From the IMG/VR virus record IMGVR_UViG_3300016657_000021, positions 1-64,000 of that record: a DNA stretch of 64,000 bases. One strand, given 5' to 3'. Each line of letters opens with the position of its first letter. The first letter of the stretch is position 1. The notes under the pieces were generated by a model. That model did not search any database and was not told where the DNA came from. It saw only the letters and a program-made list of their open reading frames with translations. Made by a program: the position numbers and the translations under genes. The stretch comes from an uncultured virus (IMG/VR IMGVR_UViG_3300016657_000021) (lineage: Duplodnaviria > Heunggongvirae > Uroviricota > Caudoviricetes). Below, piece by piece: positions 28,586 through 39,589 of the stretch.

Positions 28586-30169
28586 ATGCCGTCCGACTAC
28601 AGCCCTAATTTACGCATCGAACTCATCGCCAACGGTGAACAGTCCGGCACATGGGGGTCGACAACCAACAACAATCTCGGCACGCTGATCGAAGACGCTA
28701 TTGCGGGGTACGTTGACGTAACCATTGCTGGCGCTGCGCAAGCTCTCCAAGCCTCTCCGGGTGTGGCCGACGAAGCACGTAACATGACCGTATCGCTTAA
28801 CGGTGGCACAGAAGCGTTCACGTTGTATATTCCGCCAGCCGAAAAAGTGTACGTGCTGATTAACAACACGGCCTTTGATGCGACGGTATCCACGTCTAAC
28901 ACGGTTAACAGCACGACACCCATTTCCCCTACACCGGGGCATACTGTTGCAGTTCCGGCAGGAAGTACTATTCTGGTCTACTGTGATGGCGTTAATGTTT
29001 ACAGCGGCGTGGATCACATTCCGGCAAATTTCTCTGTAGCTGGAGACCTTTCCGCTACCGGATCTCTCGGTATTGGCGGAGATGTTGGCGTTGTCGGTTC
29101 GATTGCCGCCAATGCGCTTGGGCTTAACAACCCGTTAGCCGTGGCTTTTGGCGGAACGGGAACCACTACGCTTACCAACGGCGGAATTCTTCGCGGCAAC
29201 GGAACCAGTGCTGTTTCAGCGGCATCCGAAGCAGACATTGTTGCGGCTATTGGCACAACGGCAGTTGCCAACTCGACCAATACAACGAATGTCCTCGGCG
29301 GTGCGGCTAACAAGCTGGTGTACAACACTGCGCCCAATGTTACGGCGTTTCTTGATGCGCCTACGACGGCAGCGCAGTTTCTTAAGTACGACGGCAGCGC
29401 CCTTGTGTGGAGCGAGCTACCTGCCAGCGGAGTGCTGTCTGTCACCGCAAGTTCGCCACTTGCTTCGTCTGGTGGGGCTAACCCAAACATCACTATCAAC
29501 AGTGCTGTAGGCCCGACTCTTGGCGGTACGGGCATCAGCACCTACACTGCTGGCGACATACTCTACGCTTCGGCCACAAACACTCTTGCAAAGCTGGCCG
29601 GCGGAACCGGAAACAATGGCAAGGTACTGACGATTGCCGCAGGTGTCCCTACATGGGGGGCGGCAGGACTTACCTCGTTTACCATTTCAACCGGCACCAC
29701 GCTGACTGGCGGAACAACCGTCAACACATCGGGGCAGACAGTCACCCTCGGCGTTGCTTCTGGCGGCATCACAGCCACACAGCTCGCATCAAATGCGGTA
29801 ACGGAAGCAAAGATTGCGTCTAATGCAGTAACTACGGCAAAAATTGCGGACGACGCTGTTACAGAAGCCAAGATTGCGAACATGTCGAGTTCGGTTAGTG
29901 CAAACGGATATCAGATAATGCCTAGCGGACTTATCATGATGTGGGGGTATGCAACAATCTCAGCTAACACAACGACGATTACATTTTCTTCAGCAGTGGG
30001 TATTTCCTTCACTACTGCATGCTACAGTTTCACAGCATCCCCGCACGTCCCCGGCGATACTGGCGGTGCGGATAACGCTATTGGTGTAAGCTCTCTTAGC
30101 AGCACTTCTGCACTGTTATCGACAGCAACAGGACAGACCGGCTTTTACTGGGTTGCTTTCGGCAAGTAA
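28586..30169 (+). CDS. tail fibre protein
   Basis: GEQSGTWG N-terminus, GGTG repeats, VTEAKIA repeats, C-terminal GYQIMPSGLIMMWG domain. Confidence 0.8.
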   Translation: MPSDYSPNLRIELIANGEQSGTWGSTTNNNLGTLIEDAIAGYVDVTIAGAAQALQASPGVADEARNMTVSLNGGTEAFTLYIPPAEKVYVLINNTAFDATVSTSNTVNSTTPISPTPGHTVAVPAGSTILVYCDGVNVYSGVDHIPANFSVAGDLSATGSLGIGGDVGVVGSIAANALGLNNPLAVAFGGTGTTTLTNGGILRGNGTSAVSAASEADIVAAIGTTAVANSTNTTNVLGGAANKLVYNTAPNVTAFLDAPTTAAQFLKYDGSALVWSELPASGVLSVTASSPLASSGGANPNITINSAVGPTLGGTGISTYTAGDILYASATNTLAKLAGGTGNNGKVLTIAAGVPTWGAAGLTSFTISTGTTLTGGTTVNTSGQTVTLGVASGGITATQLASNAVTEAKIASNAVTTAKIADDAVTEAKIANMSSSVSANGYQIMPSGLIMMWGYATISANTTTITFSSAVGISFTTACYSFTASPHVPGDTGGADNAIGVSSLSSTSALLSTATGQTGFYWVAFGK

Positions 30170-30178
30170 GGATCAATC

Positions 30179-32386
30179 ATGCCTCTGCAAAAGCTGATCT
30201 TCAAGCCCGGTGTAAACCGAGAAGGCACGACGCTAACGAACGAAGGCAGTTGGTTTGAAACCGACAAGGTGCGGTTTCGTTCCGGTTTTCCGGAAAAGAT
30301 TGGAGGTTGGGCGGCTGTTTCAACTAACCGCTTCATGGGCGTTTGTCGTTCCTTGTGGAACTGGGCAACGCTCAAAAACTTCAACCTGCTCGGAATCGGC
30401 ACCAACCAAAAGTTTTACATCGAAAACGGCGGAGCGCTATATGACATCACGCCGCTACGAACAGGCACGTTTGGCGATGTAACAGGCATTCAAGTCACGT
30501 CGGGAAGCTACGTAGCGGTAGTAACGGTTAGTACCCCGCCGGGCTTTCAGTCAGGAGATATTGTCTCTATAAGCGGCATCGTCAGCGACATTGGCGGTGT
30601 GGCAGCAGCCGTATTTAATCAGCAGTACCAGATCACCTACATCTCGGGCACTTCGTTCAGCATCTTGCTGCGCGAAGTTTCTGCTATTGAAGCGCCAAAA
30701 GCCTACGTACCGGCCACCTCCGATGATACAGCCACAGGTCTTACTGCAGGGATTGACTATCTACTACCGGTAGGGCTTCCAATTTACACGGTTGGTACAG
30801 GATGGGGCGTAGGCGGCTGGAACGGCGGAGACCCTCCAGCCATTCCTATTCTTACGGATATTGCACACGGGTGGGGTACGGGCTTTACTGCGGCAGAAGG
30901 AGCAGGGCTGCAATTGCGCTTGTGGAGCCAAAACAATTTTGGCGAAAACCTCATCATTAACCCTCGTGGGGGATCGCTGTACATGTGGCGTCCGGGAGCA
31001 GGTTCTACGCCGGACTTCAATTCTCGTGCGGAACTGATAACTGGCGATGATGTTCCCGAAAAAGTAAACGAAGTAATGGTGTCCGACGCCACGCGTATCG
31101 TCATTGCTTTTGGGTGCAGCAACTACAGTGTTCCGCTAGGCGATGGCGTGTTTGACCCCATGCTTATCCGTTGGACTACTAACGAAAACGAATCGGTATG
31201 GATTCCTGACGCGGCAAACCAAGCTGGCAGCTACCGTTTGTCGCATGGCTCCGAGATCATTACGGCTATGCAAACGCGCCAAGAAATCTTGGTGTGGACA
31301 GATGCGGCCATCTACTCAATGCAGTACCTTGGCCCGCCGTATACGTGGGGCTTTAACATTCTTGCAGACAACATCTCGCTCATCAGCCCAAACGCTACGG
31401 CTACTGCTAACGGCACAGTGTTTTGGATGGGTGTCGACAAATTCTACGTATACGGCGGGCGTGTAGAAACACTTCCGTCAGCACTGCGGCAATATGTGTT
31501 TCAAGACATCAACAAAGATCAAGGCGCGCAAGTATTCGCGTGCACTAATGAGGGCTACTCGGAAGTCTGGTGGTTTTACTGTTCTGCAGCATCAAACGTG
31601 ATCGACAAGTATGTCGTGTTCAACTATTTGGATAATGTGTGGTACTACGGAACGATGGCGCGGACTGCTTGGGTGGACTCTGCTATAAGGCAGTATCCGC
31701 AAGCAACCAGCAGCGTACAAACTACGGTTGTGTCCGTAGCCGCTACGCCGGAAGACACGCAGCTGAATGTGGCTGACGCGAGCAGTTTTCCGAACAGCGG
31801 ATACGTGCAAGTCGGGGCTGAGGTTATCCGGTACTCGGGCAACAGTGGAACGCTTTTGCAGAACTGTGAACGCGGCATGTTTCAAACAACCGCCGCCACA
31901 CACAGTGTGAATGCGCCGATATACCAGTACGGAGGTAACGTCCTCTTGTCGCACGAGTTTGGCAACGACGACGCTTCTGCAACTAACCCGCGTCCTATTG
32001 AAGCATATATCCAGTCTTCCGATATTGACCTCGATGATGGCGACCGTTATATGTTTGTATGGCAGATGGTGCCCGACTTCTCGTTTGATGGGTCGACAAC
32101 GCCAAACCCGGACTTTCCGGCAGTTCAAGTACAGCTCAGGCCACGACAAAACCCCGGAGCGGCTTACGGCTCAGGCGCAAACCCAAGCGTAACTTCGGCG
32201 CAAACGTATGACACACGGCAGACGTACACCGTCCAAGAGTTCACGGAGCTTGTTAACACGCGTATTCGTGGTCGGCAAATAGCCCTTCGGGTGGGGTCTA
32301 ACGAAGATCCGAACAATAACGTGCTGGGCATTAAGTGGCAGCTCGGGGCATTGCGCATAAACATGCGGCCGGACGGTCGGAGATAA
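30179..32386 (+). CDS. tail tube/nozzle (P22 gp10-like stabilisation) protein
   Basis: 735 aa beta-rich; DKVRFRSGFPEKIGGW start, MRPDGRR end; position before internal proteins. Confidence 0.65.
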   Translation: MPLQKLIFKPGVNREGTTLTNEGSWFETDKVRFRSGFPEKIGGWAAVSTNRFMGVCRSLWNWATLKNFNLLGIGTNQKFYIENGGALYDITPLRTGTFGDVTGIQVTSGSYVAVVTVSTPPGFQSGDIVSISGIVSDIGGVAAAVFNQQYQITYISGTSFSILLREVSAIEAPKAYVPATSDDTATGLTAGIDYLLPVGLPIYTVGTGWGVGGWNGGDPPAIPILTDIAHGWGTGFTAAEGAGLQLRLWSQNNFGENLIINPRGGSLYMWRPGAGSTPDFNSRAELITGDDVPEKVNEVMVSDATRIVIAFGCSNYSVPLGDGVFDPMLIRWTTNENESVWIPDAANQAGSYRLSHGSEIITAMQTRQEILVWTDAAIYSMQYLGPPYTWGFNILADNISLISPNATATANGTVFWMGVDKFYVYGGRVETLPSALRQYVFQDINKDQGAQVFACTNEGYSEVWWFYCSAASNVIDKYVVFNYLDNVWYYGTMARTAWVDSAIRQYPQATSSVQTTVVSVAATPEDTQLNVADASSFPNSGYVQVGAEVIRYSGNSGTLLQNCERGMFQTTAATHSVNAPIYQYGGNVLLSHEFGNDDASATNPRPIEAYIQSSDIDLDDGDRYMFVWQMVPDFSFDGSTTPNPDFPAVQVQLRPRQNPGAAYGSGANPSVTSAQTYDTRQTYTVQEFTELVNTRIRGRQIALRVGSNEDPNNNVLGIKWQLGALRINMRPDGRR

Positions 32387-32387
32387 A

Positions 32388-33521
32388 ATGGCACTTGAAC
32401 AGTTCAGAGCACCTGCGTTACCGACGGCTCCGGAAAAATACGACCGTCGGTACACGGATCAGGTAAACAACATCCTGCGACAGTACTTTACGCAGCTGGA
32501 CTCCCTTACGCCTAACCAAGCGTTTTCCTACCGTGCGGATAAATACATCTTTAATCGCAACACCAGTGCCATTGTTGGTGAAGGCGAACTCGGATGGAAT
32601 CCCGTAGACCAAACGCTTAACTTGGGGCTTGCGAACAATGTCACCAACCAGATCGGACAGGAGTACTACGCTCGTGTAGGGAACACGACCGGCGCGACAA
32701 TACCCAACGGATCCGTTGTAGGCTTTGCCGGAGCTACCGCAAACGCCCTGCTGGTCTCCAAGTTCATTGCTAATGGTACGCAGCCTAGCCTATACATGCT
32801 TGGCGTGATGACGCACGATTTACCGGACAGCGGGAATACGGGCTACTGCACAGTGTGGGGGTTTGTTCGCGATCTGGACACGAGCGGGTTTAGTGCTGGA
32901 GACGTTCTTTACGCAAGTCCTACAGTAGCGGGGGCGTTAACCAATGTAAAACCAACGGCTCCGAACAACGTCATTCCAGTAGCTGCATGTGTTGTTTCGC
33001 ATCCTACAGCGGGTGTTATTTTTGTGCGGCCGACAATTGAGCAAGACCTGTACTACGGAACTTTCTCCGACACAACAACGCAGACGCTTGCCGCCGCATA
33101 TACGCCATACACCGTTACGTTTAACACTACGGACATCGCCAGCGGCGTATCACGCGGAACACCGACTTCACGCATAGTTACGGCACATGCAGGGTTTTAT
33201 AACTTTCAGTTTTCGTCACAGGTTGCAAGCACGAACTCCAGCACTAAAAAGCTGTGGATATGGCCGCGAGTAAACGGTGTGGACGTGCCCAACTCGAATA
33301 GCGAGATCACTGTTTCTGGTGGAGGTACTGTGCTTGTACCGGCGTGGAACTGGACGCTCTCCATGAATGCCTCTGACTACTTTGAGCTGGTGTGGGCGGG
33401 GGAAGATACGACGCTTGAACTTTTGGCGAGTTCTGCGCAAACAGGGGCAAATGGCACACCTACTTTTGCACGCCCGGCCACGCCATCCATGATTCTTACG
33501 GTTACACAGGTACAACAGTAG
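32388..33521 (+). CDS. virion structural protein
   Basis: 377 aa; C-terminal beta-sandwich (GFYNFQFS). Confidence 0.65.
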   Translation: MALEQFRAPALPTAPEKYDRRYTDQVNNILRQYFTQLDSLTPNQAFSYRADKYIFNRNTSAIVGEGELGWNPVDQTLNLGLANNVTNQIGQEYYARVGNTTGATIPNGSVVGFAGATANALLVSKFIANGTQPSLYMLGVMTHDLPDSGNTGYCTVWGFVRDLDTSGFSAGDVLYASPTVAGALTNVKPTAPNNVIPVAACVVSHPTAGVIFVRPTIEQDLYYGTFSDTTTQTLAAAYTPYTVTFNTTDIASGVSRGTPTSRIVTAHAGFYNFQFSSQVASTNSSTKKLWIWPRVNGVDVPNSNSEITVSGGGTVLVPAWNWTLSMNASDYFELVWAGEDTTLELLASSAQTGANGTPTFARPATPSMILTVTQVQQ

Positions 33522-33578
33522 CCTTTGTTAGCAGCAACCCCGCGTGATAAGATTGACAAAACTCTTTAAAGGTGCCCT

Positions 33579-35465
33579 ATGAGCCTGCATCATCTCGCAC
33601 AGCAAATCCAGTCGCGTGGTCGCGGCGAAGACAAGATGCTGGTGCACATGACCCCCAAAGAAGTACAAGGATTGCAAGCACTGGCCTTGGCTAGTGGCGG
33701 CTCCTTGACCATCAACCCGCACACCGGCCTTCCTGAAGCTGGATGGCTTAGCAAGCTGTTACCAACGATTGCAGGCGCGGCACTGGCTCCGTTCACTGGC
33801 GGTCTGTCGGCAGCAATGATTGTTGGCGGCGCAAGCGCTTTGGCTTCCGGTAGCCTGAAGCAAGGTCTTATGGCAGGTATCGGTGCGTACGGCGGGGCGG
33901 GCATTACGAACGCTCTGGCAGGTGCGGGCGGCGCAGCAGCGCAGGGCGCTACGACAACCGCTGCAAACTCGGCTACGCAAAGTGCGGCGCTTGATGCTCT
34001 TAAAAGTAAAGCGCTTAGTGCGGCACCTGCTGGTGGCGGTGCGGTTGCTGGAGCGGGTGCTGGAGCGGGTCTCGATGCGGCAAAAGCCGCAGCAATCAGC
34101 GGGCAGACGGCTTCTCAAGGCGCAGCAGGTGCAGTTGGAGCAGTGCCAACGGTTGCAAATTCGCAATTAGCGGCACAAGGCATCCCCACTACGGCAGGTA
34201 CGAGTGTAGCGGAGGCTTCGCAAGGCGCATCGGCTCCGGCAAACTGGTTTGACCGAATGAACACGAAGCCAGAGTTTGCAAATGTTGAAAAGGGCTACGA
34301 AAAGTACGCCGCAATGGACAAGCCCATCAGTTCGTTCATTAAAGACAACAAGCTGGTTTCGGCAATGGCAGCTACGCCAATGCTGCAAGAAGACCGCATG
34401 AAGGTTGAAAAGGACAAAGGCTACATCCGTCCGTGGGAATACACCCGTCAGCCGATCCAGTCCGGAGACATCGAAGACAATATTCCGTTCAACAGCACGG
34501 CAGAGCGCAGCTACGTAACTGATTCGTGGACTCCGGGGCCGATCTATCGCGCTTCTGACAAGCCCCACAAAATTGCAACGGGTGGTATCGTCGCACTGGC
34601 TACCGGGGGTGTCGGTGCGCCAAGGGCTTCCGGCGCAATGACTACCGTAACAAAACCGGTTCGTCAAACCAAAGAAGACAAGTGGCAAAGCGACTACGAA
34701 GCCAACAAGTACGACTTCGACCGCGCTACGGGCACCTTCACCAAGGTAACGCCTATTGCTACGGGTACGGATGCCACTGGTGGTACAGCAACCGGTGTAC
34801 CCGCTACGCCTGCCGCGCCGACCCCAGCAAACGCGATACAGATCGCCAACATGTACAACAGCATGCTGCGCCGTCCGCCTACTCGTGCTGAGCTGGATGC
34901 AGGTATGTCGGGCAACGTCACAGCTGATGCACTGCGCTCGCAGCTTAGCGGAAGCGACGAGTACCTGAACAATCTGACAAAACCGTTTGTTCCGCGTCTG
35001 TCGTACGACCAGAGCGGGCGTGCCGCAATTGAGGGGGCGCTGACCCCGTACCGTTCCCCTGCTGAGCAGCTTGGGCTTGTGGACTTCTACAACCAGATGA
35101 ACAGTGCTCTGGGCCAACGGATGCAGCAGGCTACCGGCATGGCGTATGGTGGTATGGCAGAAGGCGGCATGTCCGATGGACACCTCGGCGGCTACTCTGA
35201 TGGTGGACGGCTTTTGAAAGGGCCGGGTGATGGAGTCAGCGATTCTATTCCTGCTGTTATTGGCAACCGCCAGCCTGCACGTCTTGCTGATGGCGAGTTT
35301 GTAGTCCCTGCCCGCATCGTGTCTGAACTCGGTAACGGGTCGACGGAGGCAGGTGCCCGCAAGCTGTACGCCATGATGGATCGCGTACAGAAGAATCGCC
35401 GCAAGTCGATTGGAAAAGACAAAGTGGCGGTAGACAGCCGCGCAGACAAGCACCTGCCTGCATAA
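33579..35465 (+). CDS. internal virion/ejection protein
   Basis: N-terminal GRGED..LVH...TINPHTGLPE, hydrophobic Gly/Ala stretch, several xxxGG motifs, C-terminal GPGDGVSDSIPA...LADGEFVVPA domain. Confidence 0.7.
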   Translation: MSLHHLAQQIQSRGRGEDKMLVHMTPKEVQGLQALALASGGSLTINPHTGLPEAGWLSKLLPTIAGAALAPFTGGLSAAMIVGGASALASGSLKQGLMAGIGAYGGAGITNALAGAGGAAAQGATTTAANSATQSAALDALKSKALSAAPAGGGAVAGAGAGAGLDAAKAAAISGQTASQGAAGAVGAVPTVANSQLAAQGIPTTAGTSVAEASQGASAPANWFDRMNTKPEFANVEKGYEKYAAMDKPISSFIKDNKLVSAMAATPMLQEDRMKVEKDKGYIRPWEYTRQPIQSGDIEDNIPFNSTAERSYVTDSWTPGPIYRASDKPHKIATGGIVALATGGVGAPRASGAMTTVTKPVRQTKEDKWQSDYEANKYDFDRATGTFTKVTPIATGTDATGGTATGVPATPAAPTPANAIQIANMYNSMLRRPPTRAELDAGMSGNVTADALRSQLSGSDEYLNNLTKPFVPRLSYDQSGRAAIEGALTPYRSPAEQLGLVDFYNQMNSALGQRMQQATGMAYGGMAEGGMSDGHLGGYSDGGRLLKGPGDGVSDSIPAVIGNRQPARLADGEFVVPARIVSELGNGSTEAGARKLYAMMDRVQKNRRKSIGKDKVAVDSRADKHLPA

Positions 35466-35475
35466 AGGAAGAATC

Positions 35476-36825
35476 ATGGGAACAACGACTAGCTATACCG
35501 CCAATTATGCGCCTTCGGTAAAACCGTATGTCGAGAATATGCTCGGCAAGGCCGAGGCGCTGACTAATGCTCCGTACCAGACGTACAGCGGTGAACGTGT
35601 TGCCGGGTTCGACCCGATGCAGCTGCAGGCGCAGCAGATGGTTGCTAATATGCAACCATCACAGCAGATTGGCTCGGCTACTAAGCTTGCAGGCTTGGCG
35701 GGGCTTAACGCTGGTACTGCCAGCCAGTACAAGGCCGGGCAGTACGGCAACTATTACAACGCTCCCGGCGCGTACCAAAACGGGCAGTTCAACGCCCAGC
35801 AGGTGCAGGCACCGAGCAACCTGCAGTACTTCCAAGCACAGGGGCCGCAGCAGGTTGGCACGCAGTCGTTCCTTGCTCCGGGTATGCAGCAGGCGTACAT
35901 GTCGCCGTATATGCAGGCAGTTGTTGACGCAACTAAAAGGGAAACGGCACGAGAATCGAATATTGCTCAGCAGCAAGAAGCAGCAGCGGCAGCAAAGTAC
36001 GGTGCTTTTGGCGGTTCTCGTCACGGCATTGTTGAAGCGGAACGCGCACGCAATCTTGGCACCCGTCTGTCGGACATCCAGTCGCAGGGTCTACAGTCGG
36101 CATACACCAACGCACAGCAGCAGTTTAACGCCGACCAAGCTCGCTACTTGCAGGCAGGCATGTCGAACCAGCAGGCGGGTCTACAAACGAACCTCGCCAA
36201 CCTGCAAGCCAATCTTGGTGTGCAGCAGCTTGGGGCGCAGCAAAACCTGCAAGCGCAACTGGCAAACCAGCAAGCGGGTATGACCGCGCAACAGCTTGCC
36301 GAACAGAGCCGCCAATTCGGTTACGGAAACCAGATGACCGCCGCGCAGCTTGCCGCTCAGTACGGTCTGCAAGGCGATCAGCTCTCCGAACAGTCCCGTC
36401 AGTTCGGTGCCAACCTCGGTATGGAAGGTATTCGTCAGCAGCTTGCGGCTGCAGGCCAGCTCGGAAACCTCGGCCAGCTTGAATTCAATCAGCAGGCAGG
36501 CATCATCAACGCAATGAACGCCGCAGGTGCCCAACGGCAAGGTCTGCAACAGCAACAGTACGATACGGCGTATCAGGACTTCCAGCGCCAGATTCAGTAT
36601 CCGTACCAGAACTTGGCGTTCATGCGGGACATGATTAGCAGTACGCAAATGCCGCTGTCTCAAACGCAGCAAACGGTGGCTTCGTCGCCAAGTGTTGCCT
36701 CTCAGGTGGCAGGTGCGGGTGCGGTTGGTAAATACTTCAACCTTTTCGCTGAGGGCGGTAAAATCGAGGACAGTGGCCGTAGCTCGGGTCTGGCCGATTT
36801 GCTCGTTCACAGCATGCGAGGATAA
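35476..36825 (+). CDS. internal virion/DNA pilot-like protein
   Basis: Gln/Ala-rich; GAFGGSR; EQSRQFG repeats. Confidence 0.7.
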   Translation: MGTTTSYTANYAPSVKPYVENMLGKAEALTNAPYQTYSGERVAGFDPMQLQAQQMVANMQPSQQIGSATKLAGLAGLNAGTASQYKAGQYGNYYNAPGAYQNGQFNAQQVQAPSNLQYFQAQGPQQVGTQSFLAPGMQQAYMSPYMQAVVDATKRETARESNIAQQQEAAAAAKYGAFGGSRHGIVEAERARNLGTRLSDIQSQGLQSAYTNAQQQFNADQARYLQAGMSNQQAGLQTNLANLQANLGVQQLGAQQNLQAQLANQQAGMTAQQLAEQSRQFGYGNQMTAAQLAAQYGLQGDQLSEQSRQFGANLGMEGIRQQLAAAGQLGNLGQLEFNQQAGIINAMNAAGAQRQGLQQQQYDTAYQDFQRQIQYPYQNLAFMRDMISSTQMPLSQTQQTVASSPSVASQVAGAGAVGKYFNLFAEGGKIEDSGRSSGLADLLVHSMRG

Positions 36826-36830
36826 TAGGG

Positions 36831-39584
36831 ATGTTCAACGTACAACAGATCACCTCTCGCTTGGCGGGTATGTCCGACTCGCAGCTGCAGCAGTATGCTG
36901 CAATGCACAAGGACGACCCCTACATCCTTCCGCTGGCGAAGTCGGAGTTTGACCGCCGCCAACAGATCCGTGCATCCGGCCAAGGGCAGCAGCCGCAGGG
37001 TACGGTAGCTGACGAGTCTCTGAAAGAGATGGATCCGCAGACGCGCCAGCAAATGGCGATGATGCAGGCCGCACAAGCACAGCAGGCTCCGCAAGAAGCG
37101 CGGCCGGAACAGCAGGGCATCGGCCCTCTGCCTGCGCAAAACATCCAAGGCATGGCGGACGGCGGGATTGCAGGCTACGCTGAAGGCAAGACGGTAAAAG
37201 AGCGCCCTGAACTCTACGGCGATGAGATGCCGCAGTTCGATCCGGAACTGCAGCGCCGCCTTGATATTGCCAAGCGCGAATATAAGCGGCTGTACGGCAA
37301 AGAGCTGCCGATCACCAGCGGCATTCGCACTCGCAAAAAACAGGAGCAGCTGCATAAGGACTGGGCGGCAGGCAAGTCGGGGGTCTTTATTCCTGCAGAC
37401 CCTGCAGCGTATCCGGGCCGTAAATGGTTTCACACAGAGGCGGTGGACATCTCTGCTGAAGTGCCAGAAGCCTTCTTGAAAAAGTACGGCATCATTCGCC
37501 CGCTCGGTAAGCGCGACCCGGTGCATGCGGTCGCCATGAAAAATTGGAAGCCGACAGGCGACGTAGCCAAGATGTACGAGTCTGCACTGGCTAAAACCGC
37601 TGCTGCTGTTGCAGGTATTCCGTCTGCTACGGCCGGCGAAGTCGTTCCTGCACAACGTGGGCAGCAAAAAGAACCCGCACCACCCGCACAGGCACAACGC
37701 GACACCAAGACAAAAGGCTCATCGCGTGTAGCTGACGCTGCAGCGCTTGACAAAGGCGAAGAGGTTGTCACGCCGCCGTCGACCGCAACCGCACCTACAG
37801 GCGGCGCAAAGAAAGATGACTCGTTCCTCGGTAAAGCCAAGAACCGCGCAGGCCAGATTGCTGAAAGCTTTACTAAATACGGCCCGTTCGGAGGTATGTC
37901 CGCGCTGATTGGCGGCGATGCTTACGGTCGCTTGAATGAACCGCGAGTCGAGCGCATCCCTGAAGAGGGCGATTCGATGTTCCAGCTGCGCCAGATTGAT
38001 GACCCAAATGCGGTTCGTCGCGGCGAGCAGTACCGGCAGGTTCCGAGCGCAATGGCGCAGTTTGAAGAACTTATTCGCGGTACTCCCGAAGCAGCGCTTA
38101 GCATCGGTACTGGGGCGCTTTCTCCGTGGACGGCAACCGCCCCGGCTGTCTACCACCGCTTGACCACAGGCAAAGACATGCCTACGGCTGAAGCACTGAA
38201 TGCCGTTACGTTTGCACCGCGCTCAGAAGCAGGCAAGGCTGCGCTTGAGCAGTACGGCCCGGCACTGGAAGCCATGAAGCTGCCACCGTATATGCCTGTG
38301 CCGCAGGCAGGCCCCGGCATGCGCGACATTTACCGCACGCTTACGGGCAAAGACAAGCCTCTGATGACAAAAGCAGAACTGGCGCGTCGTGAAAAACGTG
38401 CGTCTTCTGCGCAAGCAGCGCAAGACCGTGCAAATGCTCCGGCGCAGGGCGATCTTCCGGGCGTGGCTAAGCCTACGCAGGCGGAAATTGCTCGCGCAGC
38501 AGAGCTTGAACGTCAACGTGCCGCTGAGCAGCAGGTGCAACAGCAAATGTCTCCGCAGCCGACAGGCAAACAGCTCGACCTCTTTACTCCGGAAGAAACC
38601 CCGCCGTCGACGATTGTGGGCGAGTATTCGCCGTACAACGAGCAGGTTCGCAACGCAGCGCTCAAGCAAAAGATTCGCGACGAGTTCCGCCGCCAAGCAG
38701 ACGAGGCTTCCGGAGCCGCCCGAGATGTGCGGCTTGGCGATCTGGCGCGTGAAACGCGTAAAGCCAGAGAAGCGTACACAGGTGCTGAGAAGCAGTACGG
38801 TCGTCAGCAGGCAGAAGCCGGTGCGCGTGAGTCGATCATGTTTGACAACGCCGCACGTCAAAACGCTGCAAACGGAGCAGGGCTTGCTTCTCTTGGCGCG
38901 GAGCGTGCTGCCGAAGCTACGGCTGCAGCAGAGCGTGAAGAACCGGCATATGTGCCGAATGCAGAAGGTGTGCCGCGCACTGGCGCGTACGAGCCGTGGG
39001 AAGAAAACTTCGTGCCGTCAGAAGCAGGCCGTCCGACCCCGCCTGAAGCCCCCGCAGCAGCAAAGCCTGCCGCAGAAGAAGCCGCAGTCACCGGCAAGAA
39101 GCGCTCGTTTGATGACGAGGATCTTCTGACGTTTGGCTTGCAGATGATGGCTTCTCCGGCAGGGCAGGATGGCAGCGGAATTTCGCAGCTGCTGAGCAAC
39201 ATCGGTCGTTCCGGTATTGCTACTGTGGCCGCACGCAAAGAGCGCGAAAAAGGCGAAGAAGATCGGCTCTACAAGCAAGCGCTGCAGAACTACTACAAGG
39301 CGCAAGAAGCACACCTTAAAGAACCTGCCGATGAAGTTGGCCGTTACGCTAAATCTGCAAACATGCCGTATCATGAAGCATGGGGCGACATTAGCAACCA
39401 AAAGTCTCGACGCGAACTTGCCACTGTGTGGAACACCATGCTAAAAGATCAGGCAACGTACGGGGACGAGTTGGCAAAGTACAAGTACAGTTTCGCAGCG
39501 TTTTTGGCCGCAAACGGTGTTGGCCCCTTGCAGATCGACCCCAAAGTGGCGGAGCTACTCCCAACGTACCTCGGTAAACCGTAA
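36831..39584 (+). CDS. internal virion protein with M15-type peptidoglycan peptidase domain
   Basis: ITSGIRT...Q..L...H..AVDI...DPVH motif order. Confidence 0.7.
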   Translation: MFNVQQITSRLAGMSDSQLQQYAAMHKDDPYILPLAKSEFDRRQQIRASGQGQQPQGTVADESLKEMDPQTRQQMAMMQAAQAQQAPQEARPEQQGIGPLPAQNIQGMADGGIAGYAEGKTVKERPELYGDEMPQFDPELQRRLDIAKREYKRLYGKELPITSGIRTRKKQEQLHKDWAAGKSGVFIPADPAAYPGRKWFHTEAVDISAEVPEAFLKKYGIIRPLGKRDPVHAVAMKNWKPTGDVAKMYESALAKTAAAVAGIPSATAGEVVPAQRGQQKEPAPPAQAQRDTKTKGSSRVADAAALDKGEEVVTPPSTATAPTGGAKKDDSFLGKAKNRAGQIAESFTKYGPFGGMSALIGGDAYGRLNEPRVERIPEEGDSMFQLRQIDDPNAVRRGEQYRQVPSAMAQFEELIRGTPEAALSIGTGALSPWTATAPAVYHRLTTGKDMPTAEALNAVTFAPRSEAGKAALEQYGPALEAMKLPPYMPVPQAGPGMRDIYRTLTGKDKPLMTKAELARREKRASSAQAAQDRANAPAQGDLPGVAKPTQAEIARAAELERQRAAEQQVQQQMSPQPTGKQLDLFTPEETPPSTIVGEYSPYNEQVRNAALKQKIRDEFRRQADEASGAARDVRLGDLARETRKAREAYTGAEKQYGRQQAEAGARESIMFDNAARQNAANGAGLASLGAERAAEATAAAEREEPAYVPNAEGVPRTGAYEPWEENFVPSEAGRPTPPEAPAAAKPAAEEAAVTGKKRSFDDEDLLTFGLQMMASPAGQDGSGISQLLSNIGRSGIATVAARKEREKGEEDRLYKQALQNYYKAQEAHLKEPADEVGRYAKSANMPYHEAWGDISNQKSRRELATVWNTMLKDQATYGDELAKYKYSFAAFLAANGVGPLQIDPKVAELLPTYLGKP

Positions 39585-39589
39585 CGACT

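Noticed and set aside
23653..33521. Diversity-generating retroelement acting on tail fibres
   Set aside because: No reverse transcriptase and no template/variable repeat pair were seen.
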